NCBI GenBank assembly: GCA_964348825.1
Contig: CAYGDX010000003.1
Coordinates: forward strand, 22,184-86,183
DNA: 64,000 bases
DNA from: an uncultured Gammaproteobacteria bacterium
GTDB lineage: Bacteria; Patescibacteriota; Patescibacteriia; Veblenbacterales; UBA10138
Direction: 5' to 3'
Of the stretch, positions 46,219 through 55,757 are shown in pieces (position 1 is the stretch's first letter; the number at the start of each line of letters is the position of its first letter). Both the position numbers and the translations under genes were made by a program. The notes beneath the pieces are model-generated. The model was not told where the DNA came from. It made no database searches and worked only from the letters and a program-made list of their open reading frames with translations.

Positions 46219-47041
46219 GCCACGGCCGAAGCACTGGAAACTTGGTGTTTAAAAGTATAGCTTTTTTAGGCCGACGGGCGGGTGTTAAATAATCAGCCGA
46301 AGTAATCGGCGTTAATTTAATTTTAATATTTTTTAATTTAAATAATTCGTGCGCTATCGCGTACCAACTAGCCGCCTCTTCGTTCACTAAATGATAAATA
46401 CCCGGCTGATAATCCCCTTTTATTAAATTTTTTACCGCTTGCGCTAAATCTTTGGTGTAAGTTAACTTACCAAATTGATCATTTACTACTTTAACCTCAG
46501 CTTGCTCACTGCCTAATTTTAACATAGTGTCAATAAAATTTAAACCTCTAGGCTTGCCTAACTGCAAAGCGTGACCATACAACCACGAAGTGCGAATTAA
46601 ATACCCATTATTATATTCTGTTACAAATTTTTCACCGTCTAATTTTGACTGTCCATAAATATTAATTGGACTGGGCACAGAATTTTCATCATATCCAATT
46701 TCATCCTCACCGCTAAAAACGTGTTCAGTTGAAAAATGAACAAGCTTAGCTTGAATTTTGCCCGCGGCCTGCACTAAATATCCAACCGCTTCGGCATTTA
46801 TTTTAAAAGCCATTTCCTTATTATTTTCCGCGCCATCAACATCAGTAAACCCTGTAGCATTAATAATAATATCGGGTTGAAGTGATTCAATTTTAATTTG
46901 AACTAATTTCTCGGAAGTAACATCAAGCTCTTCCTTATCCCATAAATATAATTCAGCACTGGAAGCTAAAGCATGCGCCAAATCTGTACCCAGCATACCA
47001 TGACAACCTAAAATTAATATTTTTTTATTATCCTGTATCAT
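46178..47041 (-). CDS. rmlD: dTDP-4-dehydrorhamnose reductase
   Basis: ILILGCHGMLG Rossmann motif, YGQSK catalytic motif, 287 aa. Confidence 0.8.
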   Translation of the reverse strand: MIQDNKKILILGCHGMLGTDLAHALASSAELYLWDKEELDVTSEKLVQIKIESLQPDIIINATGFTDVDGAENNKEMAFKINAEAVGYLVQAAGKIQAKLVHFSTEHVFSGEDEIGYDENSVPSPINIYGQSKLDGEKFVTEYNNGYLIRTSWLYGHALQLGKPRGLNFIDTMLKLGSEQAEVKVVNDQFGKLTYTKDLAQAVKNLIKGDYQPGIYHLVNEEAASWYAIAHELFKLKNIKIKLTPITSADYLTPARRPKKAILLNTKFPVLRPWREALREYLQKVNV

Positions 47042-47044
47042 AAA

Positions 47045-47437
47045 CTACTTGTTATTTACTTTTCTAAATTCCTCATAATCTGAAATATAGTCCTGCCTAG
47101 TTGAATCATAATCTGTTGATGATAAGGCCACCACTACCGTACCTAGCGCAAACGACTTAAAATGATGCCAAACATAAGCTCCAACATAAACCGCTTCGCC
47201 TTGATTTAAATTAACATCACGTAAACCCGAACCATCATCAATTACCATCACAGCCGAACCGCGCGCCACAAAAAAGCACTCCTCTTCAACTTTATGACAA
47301 TGCGAACCTGATGGTTTAACTCCGTCTACAATTACATAAACACGCTTAATTGTAAAACCTAAATCTTTCCCCGCTTCTATTAAAGAAAAACGATCGTCGG
47401 TATGGATTGGGAGTTTGAATTGTTTAAACTTTATCAT
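47045..47437 (-). CDS. WxcM/FdtA-like cupin sugar 3,4-ketoisomerase
   Basis: RVYVIVDGVKPSGSHCHKVEEECFFVARGSAVMVIDDG...YVGAYVWHHF matches the FdtA/WxcM C-terminal domain. Confidence 0.55.
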   Translation of the reverse strand: MIKFKQFKLPIHTDDRFSLIEAGKDLGFTIKRVYVIVDGVKPSGSHCHKVEEECFFVARGSAVMVIDDGSGLRDVNLNQGEAVYVGAYVWHHFKSFALGTVVVALSSTDYDSTRQDYISDYEEFRKVNNK

Positions 47438-47441
47438 AAAA

Positions 47442-47918
47442 TTAAAATAATTTTTCTTTACCCAAACCCACCCAATCTACTAATTCAGTAAACCTAACGT
47501 AAAAACCAAATGGATCAATTACTCTAAAATCTTTTTTACCCCAACGTTTAAGCGTTAATGGCTGAGCAATTAGATTGGGTTGTAATTTATCCTTAACCAA
47601 ACCCCAAAGTTCATCAACATTGGAGACTGGGATAGTTATTTCAACCGCATAACCGCGTGGTGTAGTCGCTGGGAAGTCACAAAAATGAGAATGCTGCGAG
47701 ACTTTCTCTTTGTCTCCATAAAAATTTATATGCGTTTCACCTAGAATATCTTCTCGTTTTAATATAAGATATCCCAAGTCACTTCCCCCACCTGATGTTG
47801 GATCGTAACTTAACTCACTAAATCCAAAAATTGAATAAAAAGAGCGTACTATAGAAAAATCTGGCACATGGAGTTCTAAAACTAAATTGTTGGGGACAAT
47901 ATTCATAACCTTAAACAT
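47442..47918 (-). CDS. VOC (glyoxalase/bleomycin-resistance) family protein
   Basis: ELHVPDFSIVRSFYSIFGF and the paired beta-alpha-beta-beta-beta module layout. Confidence 0.45.
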   Translation of the reverse strand: MFKVMNIVPNNLVLELHVPDFSIVRSFYSIFGFSELSYDPTSGGGSDLGYLILKREDILGETHINFYGDKEKVSQHSHFCDFPATTPRGYAVEITIPVSNVDELWGLVKDKLQPNLIAQPLTLKRWGKKDFRVIDPFGFYVRFTELVDWVGLGKEKLF

Positions 47919-47920
47919 TA

Positions 47921-48925
47921 TTAATTAAGATGTGGATTTAATTCTGATTTCCTTTTTTCTAATTTCTCTACCCACTCTTTATTATTTACATACCATTCTA
48001 CCGTTTCCTTAATCGCCTTAGTAAAATCATACTGCGGAACCCAACCTAATTCTTGTTTAATTTTAGTGGCATCAATCGCGTAGCGCCGGTCGTGGCCCGG
48101 GCGATCGGCTACAAAAGTAAGTAAGCTTTCGGGCTTACCCAATTCACTTAAAATAATCTTAGCAATTTCTAAATTAGATTTTTCATTATCTGCCCCAATA
48201 TTATACACTTCTCCCGCTACTCCTTTGTGGAGCATTAGGTCAATCGCCTCACAATGATCAAGCACATAAATCCAATCACGTACGTTTTTACCATCGCCAT
48301 AAAGTGGTAATGATTCACCACGCAGTGATTTAAAAATAAAAAATGGAATCAACTTTTCCGGAAATTGATACGGGCCATAATTATTAGAGCAGTGAGATAC
48401 TACCACAGGTGTGCTATAAGTTTTAAAAGCCGCCCGACACAAAAGGTCGCCACCTGCTTTAGCCGCCGCATATGGCGCATTGGGTGTAAATGGCGTATTT
48501 TCAGTAAACTGTGTATTATCTTCAAGCTCTAAACTACCATACACTTCATCGGTTGAAATCTGCACCATTTTTTTGACTTCATATTTCCGTACCGCATCAA
48601 GCAAAGTTTGCACACCTAAAGTATTGGTCAGCACAAAATCGCGATTACCACCGTGGATGCTTCTATCCACATGGGTTTCCGCCGCAAAATTAACTACCGC
48701 ATCAAAACTTTGCGCTAGCACCTCGTCAACTTTAGTTTGATCAGCAATATCACCTTGAATAAAACTATAATGCGGATTTTTTACTAAATCAGCTAAATTA
48801 TCTAAATTACCAGCGTAAGTTAGTTTATCATAATTAACAATTTGATAATCAGGATATTTTTGTAAAATATGGCGGATAAAATTGGAGCCAATAAACCCTG
48901 CACCACCGGTAACTAATATTTTCAT
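47921..48925 (-). CDS. rmlB: dTDP-glucose 4,6-dehydratase
   Basis: MKILVTGGAGFIGSNFIRH, YAAAKAGGD (YxxxK), 334 aa. Confidence 0.9.
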   Translation of the reverse strand: MKILVTGGAGFIGSNFIRHILQKYPDYQIVNYDKLTYAGNLDNLADLVKNPHYSFIQGDIADQTKVDEVLAQSFDAVVNFAAETHVDRSIHGGNRDFVLTNTLGVQTLLDAVRKYEVKKMVQISTDEVYGSLELEDNTQFTENTPFTPNAPYAAAKAGGDLLCRAAFKTYSTPVVVSHCSNNYGPYQFPEKLIPFFIFKSLRGESLPLYGDGKNVRDWIYVLDHCEAIDLMLHKGVAGEVYNIGADNEKSNLEIAKIILSELGKPESLLTFVADRPGHDRRYAIDATKIKQELGWVPQYDFTKAIKETVEWYVNNKEWVEKLEKRKSELNPHLN

Positions 48926-49034
48926 AATTAAAATATAATTCTAAATAAACATCATTATTTGATTAAATCATTTTACTACTGGGTACAGGGCGCTGCCCCG
49001 CACCACCAGTGATTAAAAGTTTAATAATAAAAAA

Positions 49035-49382
49035 TTATAACTTATTATACTTCGTATGCTTACCATAAGATTTGGCTATTGGATATTTAGCATCATCTTT
49101 AACTATCTTTTTCTGCACCGCCTTAGCTAAATCTATATTTAAACTATCACAAAACAATAATAAATATTTCAAAACATCGGCTATCTCATCACTTATATCT
49201 GCTTTAGAATTTTTAACATACTTATCAATTTCTTTTTTATTTAACCATTGAAAATGCTCTAACACCTCCCCCGCTTCTAATAATAAGGATAAGGCTAAAT
49301 CTTTTGGATTGTGAAATTGTTTCCAATTCCGCTCGTCCCGAAATTTAACAACTTGTTTGGTTAATTTTTGAATATCAGACAT
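49035..49382 (-). CDS. MazG-like nucleotide pyrophosphohydrolase
   Basis: FRDERNWKQFHNPKDLALSLLLEAGEVLEHFQW signature. Confidence 0.7.
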   Translation of the reverse strand: MSDIQKLTKQVVKFRDERNWKQFHNPKDLALSLLLEAGEVLEHFQWLNKKEIDKYVKNSKADISDEIADVLKYLLLFCDSLNIDLAKAVQKKIVKDDAKYPIAKSYGKHTKYNKL

Positions 49383-49401
49383 AAAATAAAATCTAGTTAA
49401 T

Positions 49402-49689
49402 TTATTTACTATCCTCTTGATCTAATTTTTCCCAATCAATCACTAATTCATCTACCTTTGGCGGGTTTTTACGCAACTCAACCAATTCTTTGGCACCGTT
49501 AGCCCATTTAATCAAACCATCTAAGTACAACACGTCTTCTGATTTCAACTCTTCTTTATATTTTTGTTTAACTTCTTCAGTCAACTTTAAAACTGCTTCA
49601 AAGTTATTAACCCTTAATAATCTGTCAGCTTCTAACTGCCAATTATCTAACCCTATTTCTTCAGGATTATGCCGCAATTCTTGTTTCAT
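49402..49689 (-). CDS. Hypothetical protein (95 aa)
   Basis: ORF with no recognised family. Confidence 0.3.
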   Translation of the reverse strand: MKQELRHNPEEIGLDNWQLEADRLLRVNNFEAVLKLTEEVKQKYKEELKSEDVLYLDGLIKWANGAKELVELRKNPPKVDELVIDWEKLDQEDSK

Positions 49690-50153
49690 AAAAAGTTAAT
49701 TAGTATATAAACAACTATAATTATCATCCTCCAAAATCAGAAAAAAGGCAAGAAAAAACCGCTATTTGATTAAAGCGGAAATATCAGAAAAAAATAAAGC
49801 GTCAGGTGTAAGCAAAAAGTTAGAAAGGATAAGAAAGACCTTTTTACTAAACACAACTGACGCTGTAACAAAATTTATTGAAAGAACGATTTTAAAATAA
49901 GGGGCTAGCGTTTAGGCAAGTAATTAATTGCTGTAAAAATCCGCATGAGTCGGCCTGCACAATGGGGGATTACCCTAATTAATTACTCTAAAATAAACCT
50001 AAATACTAGCCTTGCCCAAATAGACGTTTTATGCCGATAACCTACCAAGGTTCGGAGTCCATAATATATATGACCTAGTAGGGTAAAATAATCTTAGCAC
50101 CATTAAAAAAATAGTCAAGCGTTTAAAACTTGACTACTTTATTAACAAAAAAA

Positions 50154-50567
50154 TTAAATCGCCATTAAGCTTCTTATTCTTTCAGCGACTTGCTCGCGCT
50201 CGCCTGCCTTATAATCTTTCCCTTGCCACGAACCAAGACCGTCGCCAGTTTGCCGTGGCATAATGTGAACATGGGCGTGAAAGACAGTTTGCCCCGCGAC
50301 AACGCCGCAATTTACCCCGATATTAAACCCTTCTACACTAACCGCTTGAATTACAAATGGTGAAATTTTATGTACCACTGAAAATAATTTACCGACTTCA
50401 TCTTCTGACATTGCAATTAAATCAGTATAGTGTTTTTTGGGAATTACTAATACATGCCCCGGATTCACTGGCTTAATATTTAAAAATGCTAAAAATTCAT
50501 CATCTTCATAAACCTTAGACGACGGCAACTCCCCGGCTACAATTTTACAAAAAATACAATCGGACAT
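50154..50567 (-). CDS. HIT-family hydrolase (second copy)
   Basis: CIFCKI N-terminus and HAHVHIMP histidine triad. Confidence 0.8.
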   Translation of the reverse strand: MSDCIFCKIVAGELPSSKVYEDDEFLAFLNIKPVNPGHVLVIPKKHYTDLIAMSEDEVGKLFSVVHKISPFVIQAVSVEGFNIGVNCGVVAGQTVFHAHVHIMPRQTGDGLGSWQGKDYKAGEREQVAERIRSLMAI

Positions 50568-50572
50568 AAAAA

Positions 50573-51670
50573 TTATAATTTTTCTCCTAAAACTTCCCGA
50601 GTAAACAAATTAATACCTAACACTTCTTTAAATTCGTTAATATCTGTAATCATAACACCATGAGGTAGTATACCAGTTAACAATGGTTTATTTTTTATAC
50701 GCTCCATCATTTCTGCTGTTGGCTGCCAATCAAAACTCATGGCATCAAAAATAACTTTAAGTTGGTAACATTCTTGAAACATTACTTTTAATTTCAACTC
50801 CTCAAAACTTAACTGCCGAATTTCTTGATATAAAACTTCTGCCTTGTGAGACAAATCATCAATCAAATTATCAATTTCATCTAAAGACAAAATTTTACCA
50901 TCAGCTACTACGGCATACTTACGCATCCCAAGAACTGGGCTACCAGATTTAACGACTGTGTGACAACCTACAAACGAAATTTCCCAATCGACGTCCTGAT
51001 AAAAACTATAAATATAAATTTCTTTATACTGGGCAAGAAATTTATCGGGCCATAACTCTTTTGGCTGCATGTTAGGAAACCACCGAATCAATAAACTGTA
51101 TTCCATTGAATCGATGGTACTATTATAAGGCCCAAAAGCCTCCCAACCTAAATCAGTTACTAAATCATTATACAATCCATGAACCAAAGAACCAGCCGCG
51201 GTGATAAGTTGTCCTATTTTTCTTGCTTCCACTGGCGTAGTGGTAGAAAATAAAACATTAGAAGATATTTCAGCTAACTCTTCTTCGGAATTAACTTGAT
51301 TTTTACTTATCGCAAATGGATCAGACGGACATGCTTCCAACAACATTCGCCCTAGAAAATTTGCCACTAATTTAATATTGTCTAAATTTTTAATCGTCAA
51401 ACCTTTATATGCTGGCATTAACTTTTGTAAAATTGCCCGCATATTGGACGGTGGTGGGAGTAAACGACGCAATTCAGAGTATGTTTTTTGATCTAGCTTA
51501 TTGTCGCGTATCACTTGGGCAAAACGATCAAGCCAAAGATCATACCAAATTGGGAAAAAATGAAAAAAATCAATGGGCTGAAAACCTTCTATGACATTAC
51601 CAGCAAACAATTTAAATACTCCTTGTGTAAATTGATTAATCCAATTCATAAATCTCACCAGTTGAACCAT
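50573..51670 (-). CDS. Hypothetical protein, third gene of the operon built around the PEP-utilizers swivel domain
   Basis: 365 aa; overlaps the upstream gene, suggesting translational coupling. No family recognised. Confidence 0.4.
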   Translation of the reverse strand: MVQLVRFMNWINQFTQGVFKLFAGNVIEGFQPIDFFHFFPIWYDLWLDRFAQVIRDNKLDQKTYSELRRLLPPPSNMRAILQKLMPAYKGLTIKNLDNIKLVANFLGRMLLEACPSDPFAISKNQVNSEEELAEISSNVLFSTTTPVEARKIGQLITAAGSLVHGLYNDLVTDLGWEAFGPYNSTIDSMEYSLLIRWFPNMQPKELWPDKFLAQYKEIYIYSFYQDVDWEISFVGCHTVVKSGSPVLGMRKYAVVADGKILSLDEIDNLIDDLSHKAEVLYQEIRQLSFEELKLKVMFQECYQLKVIFDAMSFDWQPTAEMMERIKNKPLLTGILPHGVMITDINEFKEVLGINLFTREVLGEKL

Positions 51671-51965
51671 TAATTTTTAACTTCATACCAGATTTAATTT
51701 TTAAAGTAGCTTCTTTAGTATTTACCACACATGGAATACCCATTTCACGGCTTAAAATAGCTGGATGTGAAGTAATACCACCAATATCAGTCACAATCGC
51801 TCCCGCCCGTATCATAACTTGTACCATGGTTGGATCGGTTAAAGTGGTTACTAAAATTTCACCCTCTTTAAATAAACTAAAATCACCACCCGGTAGTATT
51901 ACGCGAGCTACACCTTCGGCCAAACCACCACTCGCGGCCATTCCTTTTAATAAAATATTACCCAT
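51636..51965 (-). CDS. Stand-alone PEP-utilising enzyme mobile (swivel, phosphohistidine) domain protein
   Basis: GGLAEGVARVI...VTDIGGITSHPAILSREMGIPCVV has the conserved phospho-His motif; 109 aa. Confidence 0.7.
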   Translation of the reverse strand: MGNILLKGMAASGGLAEGVARVILPGGDFSLFKEGEILVTTLTDPTMVQVMIRAGAIVTDIGGITSHPAILSREMGIPCVVNTKEATLKIKSGMKLKINGSTGEIYELD

Positions 51966-52941
51966 AGAAGCTTACATTACCTTTTTGATGCAAAGTTTTA
52001 TCTTTCCTCTCCTGCGTGATACCTTCAGCGATTAATTGCTTTAATACTTCATCATCAACTTTATATTCCTGCCCCCTTATTTTTACACTCACAGTTGGCT
52101 CACCCTTCTCGTTAGTAGATACTTCACTTTCCCACTCATCCAAAATTTTCAAACTACCGCCAACCTCAGCTAATTTTGTGATACGAGCGTTATCTGATTT
52201 ACGAATCAATACGCCTGAAGCTAAAAACGCTTCGGTAACAGTTTTATGAGTATTATGAAAAATATCAACTTCTGAGCCAGCGTTCAAACGCTCCGCCATT
52301 AAACCATGTCGACGACCAAATAACACTGCAAAATTAGCCGCCTGCATACGTGGTGGAAAATTTTTCGCCATTGTACTTTCTGGATTATCTATCCATTCTA
52401 GTATCACTGGCTCTTCGGCCGTTTCAGCAATTTCTTCTTGTTGATCAGGCGTTAATTTACCAAATTCAACATTAGGATATTTACCACTTTCAATACCTTG
52501 CCTTAATAACTCCTTTTTATTATCACCCCATTTTTGTTCATATTCTTTCAAAAACTCTGGGGTACCAGAAGGCGCCACCAACGCTTTATCTATTCGTACT
52601 TTTTCTCGAACCACCACATCAGGATTTGATTCAGCATAACCGCGCATTAAGGCGTCAAACGTTTCTTGAGTTCTTTCGGAAGTGCTTTTATATCCTTTAG
52701 CGCCATACTTTCCGGCCTCATAAGTTGCCCCTCTCTCTTCCGCTCGCACCGCACCACCCGGAGAGATATTAGACAAAGATATTCCGGTTTTTTCAGAATT
52801 AAAAACTTCGCCACTAGATTTTTGACTATGTCGTACATAATGATTATGTATTGTAACATTTTTACCACGATTTTCTCGCAACTCTTTCTTTTCTTTATCA
52901 GAAAGAGTTTCCAATAACGATGGTCTATTAAATTCAGACAT
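51958..52941 (-). CDS. Hypothetical protein, first gene of the swivel-domain operon
   Basis: 327 aa; its stop overlaps the swivel-gene start by 8 nt. No family recognised. Confidence 0.4.
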   Translation of the reverse strand: MSEFNRPSLLETLSDKEKKELRENRGKNVTIHNHYVRHSQKSSGEVFNSEKTGISLSNISPGGAVRAEERGATYEAGKYGAKGYKSTSERTQETFDALMRGYAESNPDVVVREKVRIDKALVAPSGTPEFLKEYEQKWGDNKKELLRQGIESGKYPNVEFGKLTPDQQEEIAETAEEPVILEWIDNPESTMAKNFPPRMQAANFAVLFGRRHGLMAERLNAGSEVDIFHNTHKTVTEAFLASGVLIRKSDNARITKLAEVGGSLKILDEWESEVSTNEKGEPTVSVKIRGQEYKVDDEVLKQLIAEGITQERKDKTLHQKGNVSFYG

Positions 52942-52968
52942 AAATTAAATAATTAATGTTTTAAAAAC

Positions 52969-53448
52969 CTAATACAACATCAAATCCTGCCTTACGCGGG
53001 CGATGAATGCTTGACCGGCTTCTTTATCTTCCTCAGCCGGCGCCCAAGTGGGAAATTTTTTATGCGTACGCGGATCCCACGGGCCTTCTACCACTTCGTA
53101 AAGCGCAGTATCGGGTGCAAGCGCTACTGTCATATGCCAAGTAGTAGGCGATACTTCCACTCCCCACGGACTTTTCCCCGCTTCCAAAACCACATGATTT
53201 GAAATACGACCATCCTCCGCAAATTCTACCAGTGCGGCTTTACCTTGCAAACAAATAAAAATTTCTACTTTATCGGGACTTTCATGCTTATGTGGACGCA
53301 AGTAAGAATCAGGCTCAATTACGCTAAACAAGCGATGAATTTTGTCATCGTTGTTATCATGAAAAGTATATAAACTACGACGACGCGTAGAATTTTGTGC
53401 CATAGTGGCGACTTCACTTAGTAATTTTTGGTCGATTAGACGTAACAT
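52969..53448 (-). CDS. Cupin-fold protein
   Basis: HKHESPDKVEIFICLQGKAALVEF...WHMTVA resembles a cupin metal-binding motif. Confidence 0.45.
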   Translation of the reverse strand: MLRLIDQKLLSEVATMAQNSTRRRSLYTFHDNNDDKIHRLFSVIEPDSYLRPHKHESPDKVEIFICLQGKAALVEFAEDGRISNHVVLEAGKSPWGVEVSPTTWHMTVALAPDTALYEVVEGPWDPRTHKKFPTWAPAEEDKEAGQAFIARVRQDLMLY

Positions 53449-53555
53449 TTTAACAAATGTAAAAATTAAAAATCAAAATGAAAAATGACAAATCAAAATT
53501 TAAAATTTTTTAAAATTATCACTTATCTTTATATTATCCTAAATTAGATAAAAAA

Positions 53556-55154
53556 TCAAGGCGTATTTACTTGTAAAAATTTATACAAACTATGCTCGAG
53601 CAAATTGTCTTTTTCTAATTTTAATTCCAAATCAGCTATTTTTAATTTATTTTGCCACTCGACTAATTGTACTTCACTAAAAGTTAGATTAAATAAATAA
53701 ACTGGAATACCGGCTTTTACTAATCTGCCCACAGCTTGATATTCACGAATACTTGCAAAAGACACAATCACCTGTCGCTCTGGCCAAAAGAATTTATCAG
53801 TACGTCCCGGCGCAACTATAACACTATCTGACGGTGTTATTCCTTGCACTACACGACTAACATTTTCAAATTGCCATAAACGTTGTTGTAAAAACACCAA
53901 CCCTTCATCTTTTCCCCATAAAACCAAATTGGCTGACAGAGTTATAAAAATAATTATTATGCTTGAAACAATTATTCGACCATATTTTTTTAACCACAAA
54001 TCAGCCAAATAAAAACTAGCTGGCCATAATCCTAAAATATATAATGGCAAAAAATATCGCACATATGAACTACCAAGAGTAACAGCAGTTGGATCGGGAT
54101 TATCACTAAACCACCAACTACCGTAAACAACCAACAACCAAGCACTAACAACTAGCGACATTAAAAATAATCCCTTGACTTCTTGGCTTAATGTTTGCCA
54201 TTTTTTAATTACGTAACCCGTGCCAACTAAAACTAAAATAAACCACCACCAACTAAACTGCACTATGTAATGCAAAAAAATTTGCCACATCACGCGCGGA
54301 TGAAAACCAAAAGGCAATATCACTTGGCTAATAAATTTAGTGATTGATTCACCACCTGCAGCGGGTAAAGTTATTCCACCACTGTAGCCCACGATAAATA
54401 ATTGTCCGTAAGTTAAATAATTTACCACTAGTACTGGTGCAATACCTAAAATTAATCCTAAAACAAGCCAAGCAATATAGCGCCAAATAATTTGCTTGTA
54501 ACAATACGCTGACCAAACACCAAAAGCCGTGGCCAGCCAAAAAACTTCTGAGCTACGAACTGAAATAGCTAATCCTAAAATTAAACCAGTTAACAAATAC
54601 CAAATTATTTTTTGTTTTTTAAGCGCTTGATACCATAACCACATTCCAACTAAAACTAAATCAAAAAATAAAGCATTGTGAAAAAAACTACGTGAATGAT
54701 AATACCAATAAGCTGGCGTTACGCTCGTCAAAATTATAATCAACCAAGCAGCACGACGATTAATTAAATCACGTCCCAACAAATAAAGCGCACCTAATCC
54801 AAAAATAGCAAAAATTGGTGTAATAAACGGTAACACTGAAACGCTAAATACCCAGCCAAAAATGGCTAATATTAGCGGAAATCCAATGAAACCTGCCAGT
54901 ACTATATCATTATCTAAAATATGAACCCAACGTGGCCGAACAATTGTTTCGCCCGCAATTTTATTAAGTGGTGCTGGCGCGCGTAAATTCTCACCGTTTG
55001 CGAGTCGCTCACTAAAAAATGAATTTACTACTTCATCGGGAGTATTAAAACGATTATGCGGCGCTAGCCAAATATAAGCTGAATATATAAAAGTAATGGC
55101 TAATATAAAAATTATCAACCATTTTTCTTTTTTAGCTATTTCTAAACTTAACAT
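53556..55154 (-). CDS. GT-C fold glycosyltransferase (ArnT/PMT-like, GT39/GT83-type)
   Basis: 532 aa, about 12 TM helices; the first-loop region is typical of polyprenyl-phosphate-sugar-dependent transferases. Confidence 0.6.
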   Translation of the reverse strand: MLSLEIAKKEKWLIIFILAITFIYSAYIWLAPHNRFNTPDEVVNSFFSERLANGENLRAPAPLNKIAGETIVRPRWVHILDNDIVLAGFIGFPLILAIFGWVFSVSVLPFITPIFAIFGLGALYLLGRDLINRRAAWLIIILTSVTPAYWYYHSRSFFHNALFFDLVLVGMWLWYQALKKQKIIWYLLTGLILGLAISVRSSEVFWLATAFGVWSAYCYKQIIWRYIAWLVLGLILGIAPVLVVNYLTYGQLFIVGYSGGITLPAAGGESITKFISQVILPFGFHPRVMWQIFLHYIVQFSWWWFILVLVGTGYVIKKWQTLSQEVKGLFLMSLVVSAWLLVVYGSWWFSDNPDPTAVTLGSSYVRYFLPLYILGLWPASFYLADLWLKKYGRIIVSSIIIIFITLSANLVLWGKDEGLVFLQQRLWQFENVSRVVQGITPSDSVIVAPGRTDKFFWPERQVIVSFASIREYQAVGRLVKAGIPVYLFNLTFSEVQLVEWQNKLKIADLELKLEKDNLLEHSLYKFLQVNTP

Positions 55155-55202
55155 ATAAACTTATAATAAATACCATATCCTAAATCAAAATAGTAAAATC
55201 TC

Positions 55203-55240
55203 CATCACAAACATTCCGCGACCGCTGACACTTTGTGATG
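55203..55240. repeat. Nested palindrome catcacaa..gcgaccgctg..ttgtgatg
   Basis: Same family as 28795 and 30307; between the GT-C start and the DoxX stop. Confidence 0.5.
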
Positions 55241-55260
55241 TGAAATATATTAGACAACTC

Positions 55261-55725
55261 TTACTCTACACTCGCATTTTTATTTAATTTTTTATCCCAC
55301 AACTTCGTTAAATATAATTCAGCGCGAAAGTTATCTAACTCTAAACTCCACAAAGTTAAAGCCGCGGTTAATAGGGCCACATTTTTCCAAACCAACGAAA
55401 AATCAAGAATAATAAAAAATATTATAAAAGCCAATACGGTGAGAAGTGCTGCAATTTCAGTAGCCAAACCTAAAATAAGCATACTACCTAAAATAATTTC
55501 ACCGATTGATTGATAAAAAACAAATAACTCTGGCTCCATTGGCAGCCAAGTGAACGACGACACTAAACTCACGGCTTCGCTGGCATTGGTGCAAACACCT
55601 AAGGCATTTGAATCGGCGCCAAATTTACTAAGCCCTGACCAAAGAAAAATAAAACCAAGGGATAAACGGAGAATGAGCGGGAGGTAAGGTTTGAGTGTTT
55701 GACGAATTTTAATTGTGCTAATCAT
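55261..55725 (-). CDS. DoxX-family membrane protein
   Basis: LILRLSLGFIFLWSGLSKF signature, 154 aa. Confidence 0.6.
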   Translation of the reverse strand: MISTIKIRQTLKPYLPLILRLSLGFIFLWSGLSKFGADSNALGVCTNASEAVSLVSSFTWLPMEPELFVFYQSIGEIILGSMLILGLATEIAALLTVLAFIIFFIILDFSLVWKNVALLTAALTLWSLELDNFRAELYLTKLWDKKLNKNASVE

Positions 55726-55757
55726 ACTAAGTGTTATGAATTAAGAATTAGTTTTAT

